Positions 1 through 14,300 of a DNA stretch of 64,000 bases are shown here, piece by piece. Source of the stretch: Hormiphora californensis (lineage: Eukaryota > Animalia > Ctenophora). Under the pieces are notes generated by a model. The model worked only from the letters and a program-made list of their open reading frames with translations, was not told the origin of the DNA and ran no database searches. Both the position numbers and the translations under genes were made by a program. The stretch covers positions 1,674,001 through 1,738,000 of the forward strand of contig CM035350.1 of the NCBI GenBank assembly GCA_020137815.1, in the 5' to 3' direction. Positions within the stretch are counted from its first letter, which is position 1. Each line of letters begins with the position of its first letter.

Positions 1-446
1 GAGAGAGCGATACAAAGATAGAGAAGGGAGAGAGACAGAAAGGGATAGACAGAGAAAGAGAGAAGACGATATTGAAAGATAGAGGTCTGTGCGATAGATA
101 TTTCCTAGAAAATATTAGTTTTCTTACTTTCAAAATCAAGGAACACGTTATCAGGAAGTTTAAAGTTATTCGAATCTTCCCTTTTCAGCAGCTGTAGAAG
201 ATTACCCATCTTAACTGTAGGAGACAAATTAATGACATTTAGTGACGTTGGTATATTCAGTGAAAATCAATTTATTGCAGAATTTAATTTTTCTCTGAAG
301 TATGATAGGGAAGTAAAGAGTTATCAGATAAGTTTTTCAGAAAATAAGAAAAGAAGTCTGTGCTCCGATGAAATGCTGTTATGTTTTGCCGCGGAACGCG
401 GGCATACTGATAGAAGGTGCTCATACTGCTTATATCAAGTAAAGTC

Positions 447-555
447 CGTTTCAAGCGACTTGACCCGTAATTCTTGGAATTTGGCGCATTGCGTGTGTAT
501 TTACAAAGGGGAAATCCTGAATTTCCAGGAATCTCAGGTCAAGTCGTTTGAAACG
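447..555. repeat. Short inverted-repeat (MITE-like) element
   Basis: cgtttcaagcgacttgacc (447-465) pairs with ggtcaagtcgtttgaaacg (537-555) with one mismatch; imperfect pairing continues inward. Confidence 0.4.
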
Positions 556-1141
556 CAGTTTAGATAGAGAACAACGCTCTACTGCTGGCAAATTTGAATA
601 AAATGCCACTAGAGCAACTGCAATATCCGTACTCCTGAGGAGTCTCATGATCGTCACTGGACGTGAAAAGAGTATGCTTGTACAAGTTATAGATGGTAAA
701 TCAGAGGAAATTGTTGCCTTGTTTAGTAGCGTTAAACATGTTGTTCTAAACGTTGATTAACCACAAGAAACGAAACGGAAACGGGACGGAGAACTGAAAA
801 GTAAAACAACTCAAACAAAAAACTTTTTTATCACGACCGGACTTGCAGCTGCGCGCGCGGTAAATGCATCGGTAAATGATTTAAGCTCGCCGACGCCATA
901 TAATGCGGCGCAACAAAACACCTTAATTTGACCACACTTTTTATTTATTTCCGGAATTTCGCAAAAACATCAAAACAAAGTTTTTTTTGCAAAATTATTG
1001 TCCGTTTGCGGTTTGCCTGATCCCTTAAGGCCATCCGTCATCGATAGGACCTATTTGAGATCCTATCATACTTGTTAAATCAGCCGTCAGGTGTATTTAT
1101 TAATTCATTGTTGTACTATCATTATTTTCTAGCCCATAAAC

Positions 1142-4100
1142 ATGGCGGCTCAATCGGGGCTCACGCTTCAAATGTACAGCAAGTAAGTTTGTTTGCAACA
1201 GCTGTACTTTCTATGAAGTTTTCTGCTGAAATTTCGTCCTGAATTACTGTTAACCCTTTTCCATGGCCTCAGGACGAAGTCTCCTTCCCACCAAAAGCTG
1301 GCAGAGAAGCTCATCATTCTGAACGAAAGAGCAGAGGGTTTACTTACCCGTCTCCACTACAGCAAACAGGTATTAAGAGGAACACTTGGGATCTAATGAT
1401 TGCATTGATTGGAGTCTGGGAATTGGGATCCCACGCATGCGATTTTTGTTTGTGGGAGATACCTCGTCACCATCGGAATCATAAACATAGCTATTCTGTT
1501 GTTTAAAGATCATTTTATTCTCCAGAGCTGTAGGGAAGCCAGAACCTGTCCACCATGTCTAACAGAAAAGAGCTTTGAGGGACTGGTTAAGACCATCAAC
1601 GGGAAGTTCCCCAAGTTAGACCGACCTAAGAACACACTCCAAGGAATGAACCTGGGTAATGCGAACAAGAATGAGATCCGGCAACACCTCCAGGTAATTC
1701 AATCACATCTTCCAAACTGCAAACAGTGCCTCGCTACTATCTATCTGTATAATACAACAACAGTTCATTTATCTGACAAACCCAGACTCTATAAATAGTT
1801 GCGCCTCTGTGATCTCGGGTTGCCTCGACGGTCGACTCTGTCTCTCTAACAGATTATACCAAATTTCAGGTGCATTACAACACATTCCTGGATATTCTCG
1901 AGTTAAAACAATGTACTATGGAGCTTCTTACGAGGATCAGTGCTGACGCTATGTCGTTTGACATTAATCTAAACTTCTCTGTGACCGCTAATTTTCTTGA
2001 TCTACTAACCAGGTATGATAGGGAGAGAGAGAGACTTGTCTGATATTCTCTTGCCCCGTGTTTTACTCGGTTCTTCGGATATAAGATATCCCCTCCCCTT
2101 TACATCTCTCTGTCCCTCTCTCTCAGATATGTGAAATTGATGCTACTATTACAACGACATGAGCACATCAAGGCCATTATAGGTTTCTACACCATCATCT
2201 ACGAGCCCAACTGTGGTAAGTTTAAACGAAAGGGAAGGGCCACTAGTAAATGAACGTGATTATTATTATAACTATTATTGTTGTTATTATTATCTCTCTC
2301 GATCCTGCCTCCTCCTGATATTATATAATAGTTGGAGATACATATGTTATAGCACTGGACAATATTAACTACCACATATATCACGCTTCAGGTGAGTCCG
2401 ATCCCACGAATGCATTCCACAGACTATCCAACATGGTTAATAGCTGTGATACTCCCTTGAAGATGCTGGTAGATGAGATTCTCCCTCTCTCCCTGAGGGT
2501 CGGGGTAGCCCTCAAATCTCTCCACTCCCTACACGAGGCGAAGAATAAACACGCCAGTAAAATGTACGATGATCCCAACTACAAGATATGCTCCATGGTA
2601 GGTGGTATATTATTACTGTGTGTGTTTAATATTATTGTGTCCAACGTTGTGCTAACTGTCATTCTGGATACACTCCCCTTCCCCCGCCCGGTGGCTGGGG
2701 GTTGGATGATTAGGAAATGTATGTGTGTGTGTGTTGCACTAAACACACGTGTATTTGTTGACTAGTGATTAGTACGTGCGACATGTGTGTTTTGATATTT
2801 TTAGACTTACCCATGGGTCGTGGGTGAGATATACCTAGCTGATCGTCTATCTTTCAGCAAGAAGGAATAACCCACCTTCCTTACCTTGCCGATGATCCGG
2901 GATGTCGTCTTCTGAATTTAGACAAGCTAAACGAGTGGATTCTATTCGGTTAGTAGAGAGAAGTTTATACTCATATGTTGCTTCTTGGTCCCAGCACCTC
3001 AACTTGCTCACTGTTAGATACTCTCTTAGATTACCCTCATATCCCTCAAAGCGACACCGCACTCCCTCTCTCGCCAGTCTCTCTGCAGGGTACCTGGTGT
3101 GTCCATCTCTCTATACCCCCCCCCCCCCTCTCTCTGCAGGGTACCTGGTGTGTCCATCTCAGATCAGTACGGGGGATCAGCGTTGCTGGAAGAACGCTCT
3201 TGGAGACTGCTACATAGTGACACTGTTCCGAGATGAGGAGGTCAATATTCACAGTCTATATCAAGAGGTAACAAGCAAACAAACAAACAAACAAACAAAC
3301 AAACAAACAAACAAACAAACAAACAAACAAACAAACAAACAAACAAACAAACTATGTACTTGTCATCTGTTTCTTTTTTGTTTCTCTTTAAAGTAAGAGA
3401 GAAGATAATATTATATGTTGATATCTGAGATAAGGAAGCGTATTGTGAAATCCTCAAATTAAAGAGAATGAGAGTACATGAGAATAAATGAGAATAAGCG
3501 GCAAAACGAATTAAAACAACCTAGGCAGTATTACAACACACACCGGAAGCCATCAAGATTATAGAAAAAAAAGCGATATCGGGTAGTACCCCTTACTCAC
3601 CATTCTTACTTCTTACCTAATTTTTTACCGTTCTTACCTACTGTAAAGCCATAAATCTCAACTTCAGCCAGATCCATGATGATATTTCCCTCAATAGCCT
3701 CAGTGCTTGTTTTATCATCTGATATCTTGATCAAGTCGGTCGATTTCCCAGTCGGACACGGTATAGTGTAGGTGAAATCTTCTTGATCTGAGTTACTTGA
3801 GTCAATTGATCCGCACAGGACCCAGGTATCTTCATTCAGGGGGAGTATCTCTACTCTAATACCCTCCATACGGGCAACGTGTTTCAAAGCCGCTGTAGCA
3901 TAATGTCTGAAAAAGAAATGATTAGATAGTGACATTTTCATACTGTTAGTTCGGAATCTACTGCAAGAAACTATTCTCACCTGCCTTCAATTTTAACTTT
4001 CTGTATCATCGCCGGAGCAACTGTTATCTTGATCCACTTCTCAGAGTCATCAGCTTCACTGTGATAGTAAGTAGCGATATCACCATCAAACAGGTTCTGT

Positions 4101-7100
4101 GGTTCCCTTCCATTCAAAACGCTATTTGACTCCACTGATTCAATGCCCAGCTGTTGCTCACCATCACACACTGCAAGGCAGAGCAGGAACAGAAGAACTG
4201 AACTTAACATTGGCTAGGAATAGTTAGATGTTAGTATACGGTATAAGAACGGCACGATTAGGAAGAGAAGTGAGAACAAGAACTTCAGATAGAGATATAA
4301 TGGGGATAATATAACAACATGCCTTATTTAGCGCAATGATGGCTCAAATGAGTTGATAACTTTGGCTAGTCTCTGCCCTATAGTATTCCCTCATAAGAGC
4401 AAACGTTATAAGCATTCGTACAGCGAGACTCTCGAATAACGAATAGACTGCATCGCTCTCCCAATAATGGGAGAGCGAACCATTGTGGGTTAAAATAACC
4501 ATTGTTTTTCTATAGTACACCGCACCCCTCTCTCTCTCTGTCAGAGAGGGATGCAGTCTATTCTTGTTCTTCAATGATAGAATTCTTTAATAATAATTAT
4601 AGAATAGAATCGCGTCTCTGGCTCTGCGCCAAGCAATGTACTGTTCCTCTCTCAACAACACATGTCTGATATTATGAGCTAATATTATGAACTTACCATG
4701 AACCGTCAGATTCGGTAGGTATTAGATAAGAAAACTTACAGAATAGCAAGATTTGAATACCGGGTCCCCGTTATATGCTACAAAGTGCAAATCATTGTTT
4801 GGGCCTGATCTACCACGAGGGATGAGGGTCGAGGCTCTGACCACTGTTCTTGCACGCTCCCGTCTCCGAGAAATGATAATAGGGTCAGGCCAATGCTCTG
4901 ACAGGTTTTAGGGCTATTATTGCACCTCCAGCATGGACTGATGACTAACCCACCCGGTGGAGCCTTTTTGTTCGCCTATTAAACACCAATCTTATGGTTG
5001 CCATGGCAACAGAAGCGGTTACTACGGGGGCTGAATTGTTGAAATTCATTCCAAAATATTCCCAAACTTCCCACTACCTAACATTGATCATCTCACTGTA
5101 CAGGTATTCGAGAGAAACAAAGCAAACAAGAAGTTGGTTGGACAGGTGCAGGAGGCACAGAATGTGTTTCTCAAGGAGACCCCCCTGAAACACGCCCAAC
5201 GCAGGAACTTCTTCCGGAAACTACTTTCTGACATCAACAACATTGTATCATCTGCACCGGGACTAATCGCACCTAAACTTATACTGATACTGGATGTTAT
5301 GAGTCAGGCTACTGGAGAGGTAGAGATTATATTACCTAAAGCTATGTTATACGTTATGTGATGTATCACGACCCCCTCCCCAATTGTGACTTATCCCCCC
5401 CCCTCATCAGGTACACTGGCTGGTTCGGAACCATGCTGCTGAGTGGAGAAAGTACAAGATTCGTGTTGTTCAGGACATGTTTTATGACCCCAATGTGGCC
5501 CAACTCCTCTTTGCTATTGACAGCCTGGCACGACTTGTTCGATATTACCGACCTATCATCAAGAAGTATTACCTACAGGTGAGAGAGAGGAAGGGACATT
5601 GTTCGCGTTGTCTCACAAAAGACTGCACTCACCGTCCACCGAAATCTGAACCGGGCGATCCTTTAAAGGGATACTGACATATTCAAAAATTTTTGACTTT
5701 TTCAACGATCCTGGGTGTGGTAACTGGTTGGGAGATAAAAATAGGATGAGTCGAAGTGTGAAATCTCTACTCCCTCTCGTTCTCAAGATATAGGGCCCCA
5801 CCTTTTAGCACTTCGTAATTGGTTATGGTATAGGGGGAGAGTTTTATTGCAAATTACATGTAAACACGAGTGTGTTTATCTGTCAATATCTCAACTTTCA
5901 CATGCACGATTTTGACCGGATTTTTTTCTAGAAGTTAGAAATGTTTTAAATTTTTAGTATTTTCTTATGATGTATCATAATGACCAGAAAAATCAGTAAA
6001 TAAACAAGTAGGTAAACATTGCAGTTTGAGGTGAACTGGAGTGCATTGTCAATTGTACCCAATTATGGTTAATTAGGGCACTTTGCCGACCTCTGAGGAC
6101 TTGGAAAAGTTGTTCACGTGATTCAGTGTATCAAAATTAGTATGTAAAGTGCCCTCACATGCGATCTTTCAGCAGTTCCAGTTGAAAAATGCAATTATAC
6201 CAATTAGACTGAATTATGCTCAATTAGGACACTTTCTTCACCTCTGACGGCTTGTAAAAGCCGCTTACGTGATTCATCGTATCAAAATTAGTGGGGATAG
6301 TGCTCTCACATGAATTGATAATGTTTTCATGCGATAAGTTACAGTTACGATCAATTAGACCCGATTATGCTCAATTAGGGCACTTTCTCCACCCCTGGGC
6401 GCTTGCCAGAATTGCTCACGTGATTCAACGTATCAAAATTAGTCGGGTATAGTGGTTTTGCCTTTTATACCAATTAGTTGCCTAAATTTTTCAATTTTCA
6501 GTTAATACTCTCCTAGGGTACAATAGTCATTTCAGGGCTGAATAGACAGTTGATAACTATTGACTATGTTATTGACTATGGGCTAAATATTAACAACTTG
6601 TATGTAAATTGTAAAATTGAGGAAATACAGCCAAATTTGATTGACATTAGTTACTGAATACCATGATAATATTGTTCTAAGAAGGCATACATTTCAAAAA
6701 AAATCACCATCTTGCTTAGTTATAGTTCTATATATTCATGACAAGTCTAGAGACAAATGGAAACCAAAAACAGAAACTCGAAGTGGTCTTAAAGGTTTTA
6801 GAAAAAACCCGGTCAAAATCGCATGTGTATTAGCTGAGATAATGACATATAAACAGGCTCGTGTTTACCTGTAATCTGTAATGCTGGTCTCCTCCTCTTA
6901 CCATAACCAATTAGTGGGTGTTAATATTTGGGACCCTATATCTTGAGAAGTAGAGGGAGTAGAGACCTCGGACTTCGACACAATGTATTTATTCTCTCAG
7001 ATGATGTGATTGAGCAATGTTTAATTAAAATTTGAGATGGTCGATTTGAATATGTCAGTATCCCTTTAATGGCCCATCAAGAGTTGCAACTCTTGATGGG

Positions 7101-10100
7101 CCATTAAAGGGCAATTTCTTCGCCCTGACCAAATGGAGATCTAGAGATTGGGAGCAAACATGAGTATAATCACTCTAAGGTGGTGTCTAAGGTTGTCACT
7201 CACCATCCATCCATTATCTCCCCTAGTATCTAAAAGAGAACGATAGCGTGGTACTAAGAGAGCTGATGACCAACTTCCCTGCCCCTGAGGAGGAATCCCG
7301 GATATTTACTGCCGTTATTGATACCCTTCACTCCCTTGATACCAGCACCCTCGAGAATAAAGAGGATTTCAAACCCCTCCGGGTGGACTGGCAGCGTCTC
7401 CAAGCGTACACAAGTGTCAACCAGAGCCAGCTGCAGCTGCGGAACTACGACAGAATGGCATATGCAATGAATGTTGTGGAATTCCACACTAGGGTTGTGG
7501 ATGATATGGATGGGCTGTTCAAGGAGGTCACTGGACTCAGCAACTTCTGTTTCTACCAGAAATTCATACAGGAAGCTTTCCAGGTATGAACATTGTGTGT
7601 GTATTGTTCTCTGGTATTTGCAGTAAATTCTCTCTGAGAGAAGGGTGTGAGTAGAATTGTCTGAGAATGAGTGTGCTACATTTGGTGTTATGTTCAGAGA
7701 CCTGTGAGCGCGCGCGGTGAAAACTCTGCAGAGATATTGGCGCTACACAACAGTACATCCATTCTCCTTCCCAATTAAAATTAACTATGTTGATTTAATT
7801 GACTTTGATTCAGAGTCCCCATTAAATTGATAGTCCCATTAAATTGACAGTCCCCATTAAATTGATAGTACATGATAACAAGTATCTGAATTTAACCAGC
7901 CCACAAATTAAAAACGGTGTGTTAACCACCTCTCTTTGCAGGAGTGTCTCCATGATGTAGAGAGTGCCCCGTACAGCATTGTATTTGCCTCTGTGTGTGC
8001 CCACTTCATTGACACCTGTAACGACTACTGCCCAGAAGAGCACTGCTTCATAGGGAAGAAGAGTATTGATCTGGCAAACCACTTCTTGGAGCAGACTGCA
8101 AAGGAAGCGCTGGTGAGTGGGGGATCCAATTTGGATAATGAGAGTTGGGAGCAGTCGTGTCTAGACGTTAACCACCACCCGCAATCTCGATAATTGGAAG
8201 GGGTGATCGAAATCACAGGTTGTGTGTCTAATTTTGGTACTCTATGGGTTTGTTTAACAAAATGATAATATTGTACCCCACTTGTTAATGCAGTTCCGCA
8301 GACCTAAAGTCATCATTAGAATAGAAATACTATAGCGGTATGCTGGATTTATGAGAATTAAAGAGAAACAACGATTTTGCAGTACTAATATTCAATTAAG
8401 AACAGGAGCTTTCGACTGATCTATGTCAGACGTCTTCAGCTATGGATTTATGAGTACTGGGAAATTATACTGGGCCCAATACTGAGAAATACACATAAAC
8501 CTCTTAACCTGAAATACAATAGATTTAAAAAATTAAAACGTTAAAACCAGTCTCGTCAACGGGTGGCTAGCCGCTGGATTTAGCAGTCTCGTCGCATAAA
8601 ATAACTATCGAGGGAAGATTATATAGATAGTTTTAATTTTAACATTGTTGCTCAATGCTATCAGTTGGCTTTGAGCAAATCGCACAGTAACCAATAGAAT
8701 TTAAGATGGTCAGACTGAGATTGACGTGGTGAGTGCAGTGGGAGCTCTTATGAAAATAGTTTCAAGTTAGTAGTATAGGGCAAAGTAATAGTAACACACC
8801 CTCCCCTCCTGTTAGAAATTTCTGGATCTTTACTGTCGTGATAGAATGGATCAACACGATCGGACTCACCCCTCGTACGGTGCCCGACTGATGGCCGAGG
8901 CAAGGAACAATAAGGAACGGGAGGCAAAGAAAGAACGGCCAGCTCCACCCCTGCCATTTCCTGGAGACGAGAGCAAGAAAACTAGATTAGAGGACAAGAC
9001 CCCGATGGAAAAGAATTTCTCAATGATGGTGGCTCACATGCACTCTCTGAATACACTGTCCTCGTTGGTGGTGTGGCAGCATACCTTCGCACCTCGGGAG
9101 TATATTATCCACCATCTAGATGATCTGTTCTCCCGACAAGTCTCCCAGGTGAGGAGAGTGGGTTCATGTATACCACTATTATAGTGCTTTTATCACTGAA
9201 ATGAAATATCACCACATGTGAACGTTATTTATAAAACACACATAAGGTGTGATATAGCCCGTGAGACTGAGGTCTAAAATGCATTAGGCATTTGAAATGG
9301 TGTTCATCAAATAAATACTTAGAGTTGTCCCACCCTCTCGGATTGCCACGCCCTTTTCTTATGAAATCTAGTTCATACATTTGACATTTTTACAATACCA
9401 AAATCTGGGACTCGCCCATAACAACACCCTACTTTTTACATCAACCCCATTGGGCAACCAACCCCCCTAATAAATTGTTTGTCATGGTTTACTGACACAA
9501 ACTAATATTATAGAAGATATTTGTGGACGCTACAACTATCAGGCTGCCCAGTCAGATGCTGCACTACCTCACAGGCCTGATGGATATCTTCAGACAACTG
9601 GAGTCCTACGTTACCTTGGATACATCTCGAATATTTAATGTTACACTCCTTCAACACACCCAGGTATTGAGGAGCTGATAATGATGTGATACTGATTAGT
9701 GATACTGTATAGTATCTTACTTTGTATAGGGAGGGGTGAGATAGCAGGCTACTAAAGTTAACATTTGCAAAGACTATTAATTGATGGTGCCAACACAGTA
9801 ACTAAACATATCTTTCAGCCGGAAGAGAATACCCCAGGACAAACATTTGCCACCCGGTATACGGAGTGGTATCTGGACTCTCTGGAGCAGAACCTGAGAA
9901 ATGGGGAGATTTGTTATGCACCCATCAGGAAGGCCTTCATTAGGAAGCATCAGATGGCTCCCAATTTCAATGCTGAGCTCTATACCAACATTGGGGAATT
10001 ACAGGTAATAACATGGGCTGTTATCGAGATTGTACTGTCATTACTTGGTATTGAAATTACCCATACAGTATATTAGGGGTGACTTCCAATGTCATTACAT

Positions 10101-11256
10101 CATTAGATTCGATAGTTGTCATTTGTGATAAATTCTTGAAATAAGACTGCTAAACCGTATCTTGTTATCAATCGAAGAAATAAATTTAAATTTGAAGAGT
10201 GCCAGTCATTAATCATTTGTGACAAATTCTTGCCCTAAGATCGCTAAACCGTTTTAAAAATATAAATTTAAAGAGTAGTTGATGGTAGCTAAGCAATTCA
10301 TTTTCAGGCGCTCACTAAGCTGCTCGGTCCCTATGGTATCAAGTACCTGGGAGATAAGCTAATGGAGAGGTGCGAGAAATCGATACACAAGATGCTGTCA
10401 ATAGTAAAAGATAACAAGGAGATTCTCATCCAGTTAAATGCCTGTACAATCGATGGATTCCCCACTACCATGGTTAGTTTGTATACTCCCTCGGCCCAGA
10501 CCCAGAAGTACAGTCAGTAGTAAATTCAGTCTAGTCAGTGACTGATGGTGGGGGCACTGTTATACTCTGCAGTACCCTGTTAGTTTGTATGCCCCTGTCC
10601 CAGTAGGATAGTGGCCCAGCATAGTAGTCACTGTTGTACCCGGATATACTACCACGCCCGGTGTTCACCCCCATGTTCACCCTGCAGCTGATGAAGCAGT
10701 TGAAACACCACGAGGACTTTATCGGGGAGTGTACCGTAGTTGGGGCTTTGTTCACCTTCAGAAAGATGACTCTTGCTGCCCTGAAATCAGTTGTTGGCTC
10801 TCGTGCACCCTTCTTACAGGTTCGCCCAACACTGTGAAACCCGGCAATGTGACGTGAAATTAATACTTCTTTTTTTTCTTCGTCGAGGCTGTCCCAGCCC
10901 CGTGAGTGGCTGGAATTATGGGATGTAGCACACTACACAGGGGGCTACGTACCCAACCTGCTACCAGTCATTACCAAAGGGCTGTTGAAATACTTTCTAT
11001 TAAGTATACCCCACCCAAGTAGCTAGTAGCCATGCCTCGGTATGATATATCCAATGGTTATTAACCATCCACATCTCTTTCTTCAGAAGTGTATCCAAGA
11101 TTTCTATAAGAATGCTCCGGTAGAGTGTGATCGAACCATTATTGATGAGATGGCCATTGCAGCAGGCATAGAGACCGGTGTTGATGCTGCACTCTGTTCT
11201 GCGATACAGGTAACGCGCTATGGAGAGCTACTTGCCTTCACCCCTCTCTCTCTCTC

Positions 11257-11332
<76 letters not shown>

Positions 11333-14300
11333 ACCCACAACTATTTCACCCACAACTCTTTGTTTCTACTCTGATTGCTGCTGTCTCACCTCTGCGTCCC
11401 ATGTGGATTGTAACGTTCCTGATCTACCTCGCCGGCTTGCCCCTGAATCTCATATCCCTGGTGTACTTTACAACTCACCGGAGGTCCGGACTTGGAAACA
11501 CCCTGTTCATCCTTCTAACAGCCATGGACTTGACGGTGTGTGTATCGGGTGGGGCCCTCCTAATAGTGGAGGGGTTTTCGGAGGCACAACAAATGGGAAC
11601 ACCCGCCCAAGAGTTCCTTACCTTCCTTCAGCACTTCTCAGTCGAGCTCACAACTGTCACTACGGCTCTTCTCTCCATTGCCCGGACAATATCCCTGTGT
11701 TTCCCTTTCTTGGAGATACAGACTAGGGTAGGTTTGGGCGTGCTCCTTGCCTTTGCGGGGTACCTGCTAACCCGAGAGGGTATCTACCTGGCAGTATCCT
11801 GGTTTTGGTGGGATTATCTGGGGATGGTGGACACCGTGTACTCCTACCTACAACTCTCCTGTCTAGCCTGTGTTGTCCTCACAGTCCTCGTATCCAATGG
11901 GTTGGCTCTGGGAATCCTGGCAAAGAAATGTCTCAACCCAGAGACTAGTACTAAGAAGAGAGCCAACTAAGGATAATGATGAAGGGAGGCATTGTAGAAA
12001 AGTCTACATCCCCGGCCTCTCAAAACGTGTTATTGGTAAACAAAGCAGATGGCGGCCAGAGGTTCTGTATCGACTTCCGAAGATTGAACCAGATTACTAA
12101 TCTTTCACACGGCTAATTGACGGGATTGGATTACTTCCCTACAGCGAAAGACTGAGAATTCTTCAACTCACCACACTACTTGAGCGTCGCATGAGAGGTG
12201 ATCTCATTGAGACGTTCAAGATAACATCTGGCAAAGTGGACTACGGAAAAGATCTATTCAGAGTTCACGCAGTGGTACAAAGATTCTGAAGGACGGTCGT
12301 GGGATGGAGTTCTATCCAATGAGTAGCAAACTACTGGAATAAGATTCCAGCTAATGTGAAGGAGCAGCAGTGTGGATGCTTTCAATCACGCCTGGAGCAG
12401 TACAAGGCTAGTACAATTGCGAGTGGAGCACCGTCTCTGGGGCATTTCTGGGAGCTGAGCGAAATCCTGATTGCAAAAACTATAACAATTGTAATCATGA
12501 TTCGTATGCTGAGTACATGTCTGCTAATCCGTCGCTAGCTAAATTAAAGGGAATTAGCACCAACATGTTTTAGAGACCGACTGTTTTAATGGTCAATGTA
12601 TGTGCCTGATTGCACATTTCAATGTATATTTTTAATTACTATTGTGGGAAATGGAAGTGAGTTTAGACGTAATTTGCGTAGAGTGAATTTCGAGTTGGCC
12701 GTGTGGCCAAAATCTTTATTATTATTATTATTATTATAAGGTAGATCCCTATCCTCTTCCGTCACTGACGGAAATATTGAGAGCAACCAGCGGATGCAAG
12801 GTCTTCACCCAATTGGACCTGGCCAGTGGCTACTGGACAGTAGGAATTCGGCCGGAGGATAGGTGGAAGACAGCATTTTCGATCCCGGGTCTTGGGAAGT
12901 ACCAGTTTACCAGAATGCCTTTTGGGCTAGTGAATGCCCAGGCAACACTACAGCGAGTGGTGGATGAAATCGCGTGTGAGGTGAGAGCAGTGGTTGAATC
13001 TTGGGGGGTGCAAGAAATATGGGCGGTAGAAACATTTGTCGATAACTTTTTGATCGCTTCTCAGGGAACGGAATTGCACCAACGCATACTAACGGAGATA
13101 TTGAAGCAGCTGGATGACGCTAACATGTCGTTGAGGAGGGATAAATGCATCTTCAATGCCCCGGAAATGTGCTTCTTAGGGTACGTAGTTAACGGGGATC
13201 AGGTCAAAGCTAGCCCAGAAAATATTGACAAAATTCTGAAGGCTATTACTCCCTCTAATAAAAAAGCGGTACAACAGTTCCTAGGGCTGGTTAATTTTAA
13301 CCGCCGGTTCTTTGACAAATACACGAACCTAATGCAGCCTCTTTACAACGCAGTTAACACGGTCCCTTTCAGATGGGGAGAGGATCAGGAAAAAGCTTGG
13401 AAGGAGGTTAAAGTGAGGATGGCAGAAGATCCTCAACTCTGTCTTCCCCGAGACGATCAAAGGTTCAAAATGGATACGGATGCTTCGGATGGGGCGGTTG
13501 GGGCAGTGCTTTATCAGGATATTGAGGGGGAAAGGAGGGTCATCAGTTACTTCTCTAAAAGCCTCAGTAAGCAGCAGAGAAACTGGTCAGTAACGGATAA
13601 AGAACTGTTCGCGATATTAGAAGCAGTGAGACACTTCCCATATGAGGCGGCGAAAGGGATAACAATATATACCGACCATCAGCCCCTAATTGCCTTGCAA
13701 AATAGCAGGACGGTCAAAGGAAAGGTAGCAAGGTGGTTGCTGGAGATCCAATCAGGGGCAGATTACACACTGGAGTACAAGAAGGGAGAGTTGAATGAAG
13801 CGGCGGATTGTCTCAGTAGGTTAGAGGTGAACCTAATGGACCTGGGGGACTGGGAGGAGTTACAAAATCAGGATGAGGAATTGAGAAGGGCCCGGGAAAG
13901 TGTGAATGAGGAGGCCAAAGTGGTTTCGGGGCATCTCAAAGGGTACAGAGTGAGGTTGGTAAATAACGTGTTGATGAGAGGATCACGGCCAGTAATACCC
14001 AAACATCTGCAGCAAAAGATAATCATCGATTTCCACGGACCAGACCATGCGGGAGTAGATGCAACTGTAGAGAGGTTAAGAGCCAGGGTGTGGTTCAAAG
14101 GAATGCACAGAAGGGTAGGAGAAATTGTACTGGAATGCCAAGTGTGTAAAGGGTATAAAGGAGGGGCTCCTAATTCAGCCAGGGCAGCCACCCTAATGGG
14201 GGTAAAACCAGGGGAACGGGTGAGCCTGGACTTTGCAGACATGGCTCCAGGAGCAGGGGGTAGGTGTAATCTGTTGGTGATCACGGACACGGCATGCGGA

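Noticed and set aside
232-657. Short ORFs upstream of NCKAP1
   Set aside because: No recognisable domain or splice structure, and they overlap an inverted repeat.
11954-11970. Gypsy insertion disrupting the GPCR
   Set aside because: The junction falls mid-RT with no LTR or target duplication; better explained by the inverted block.
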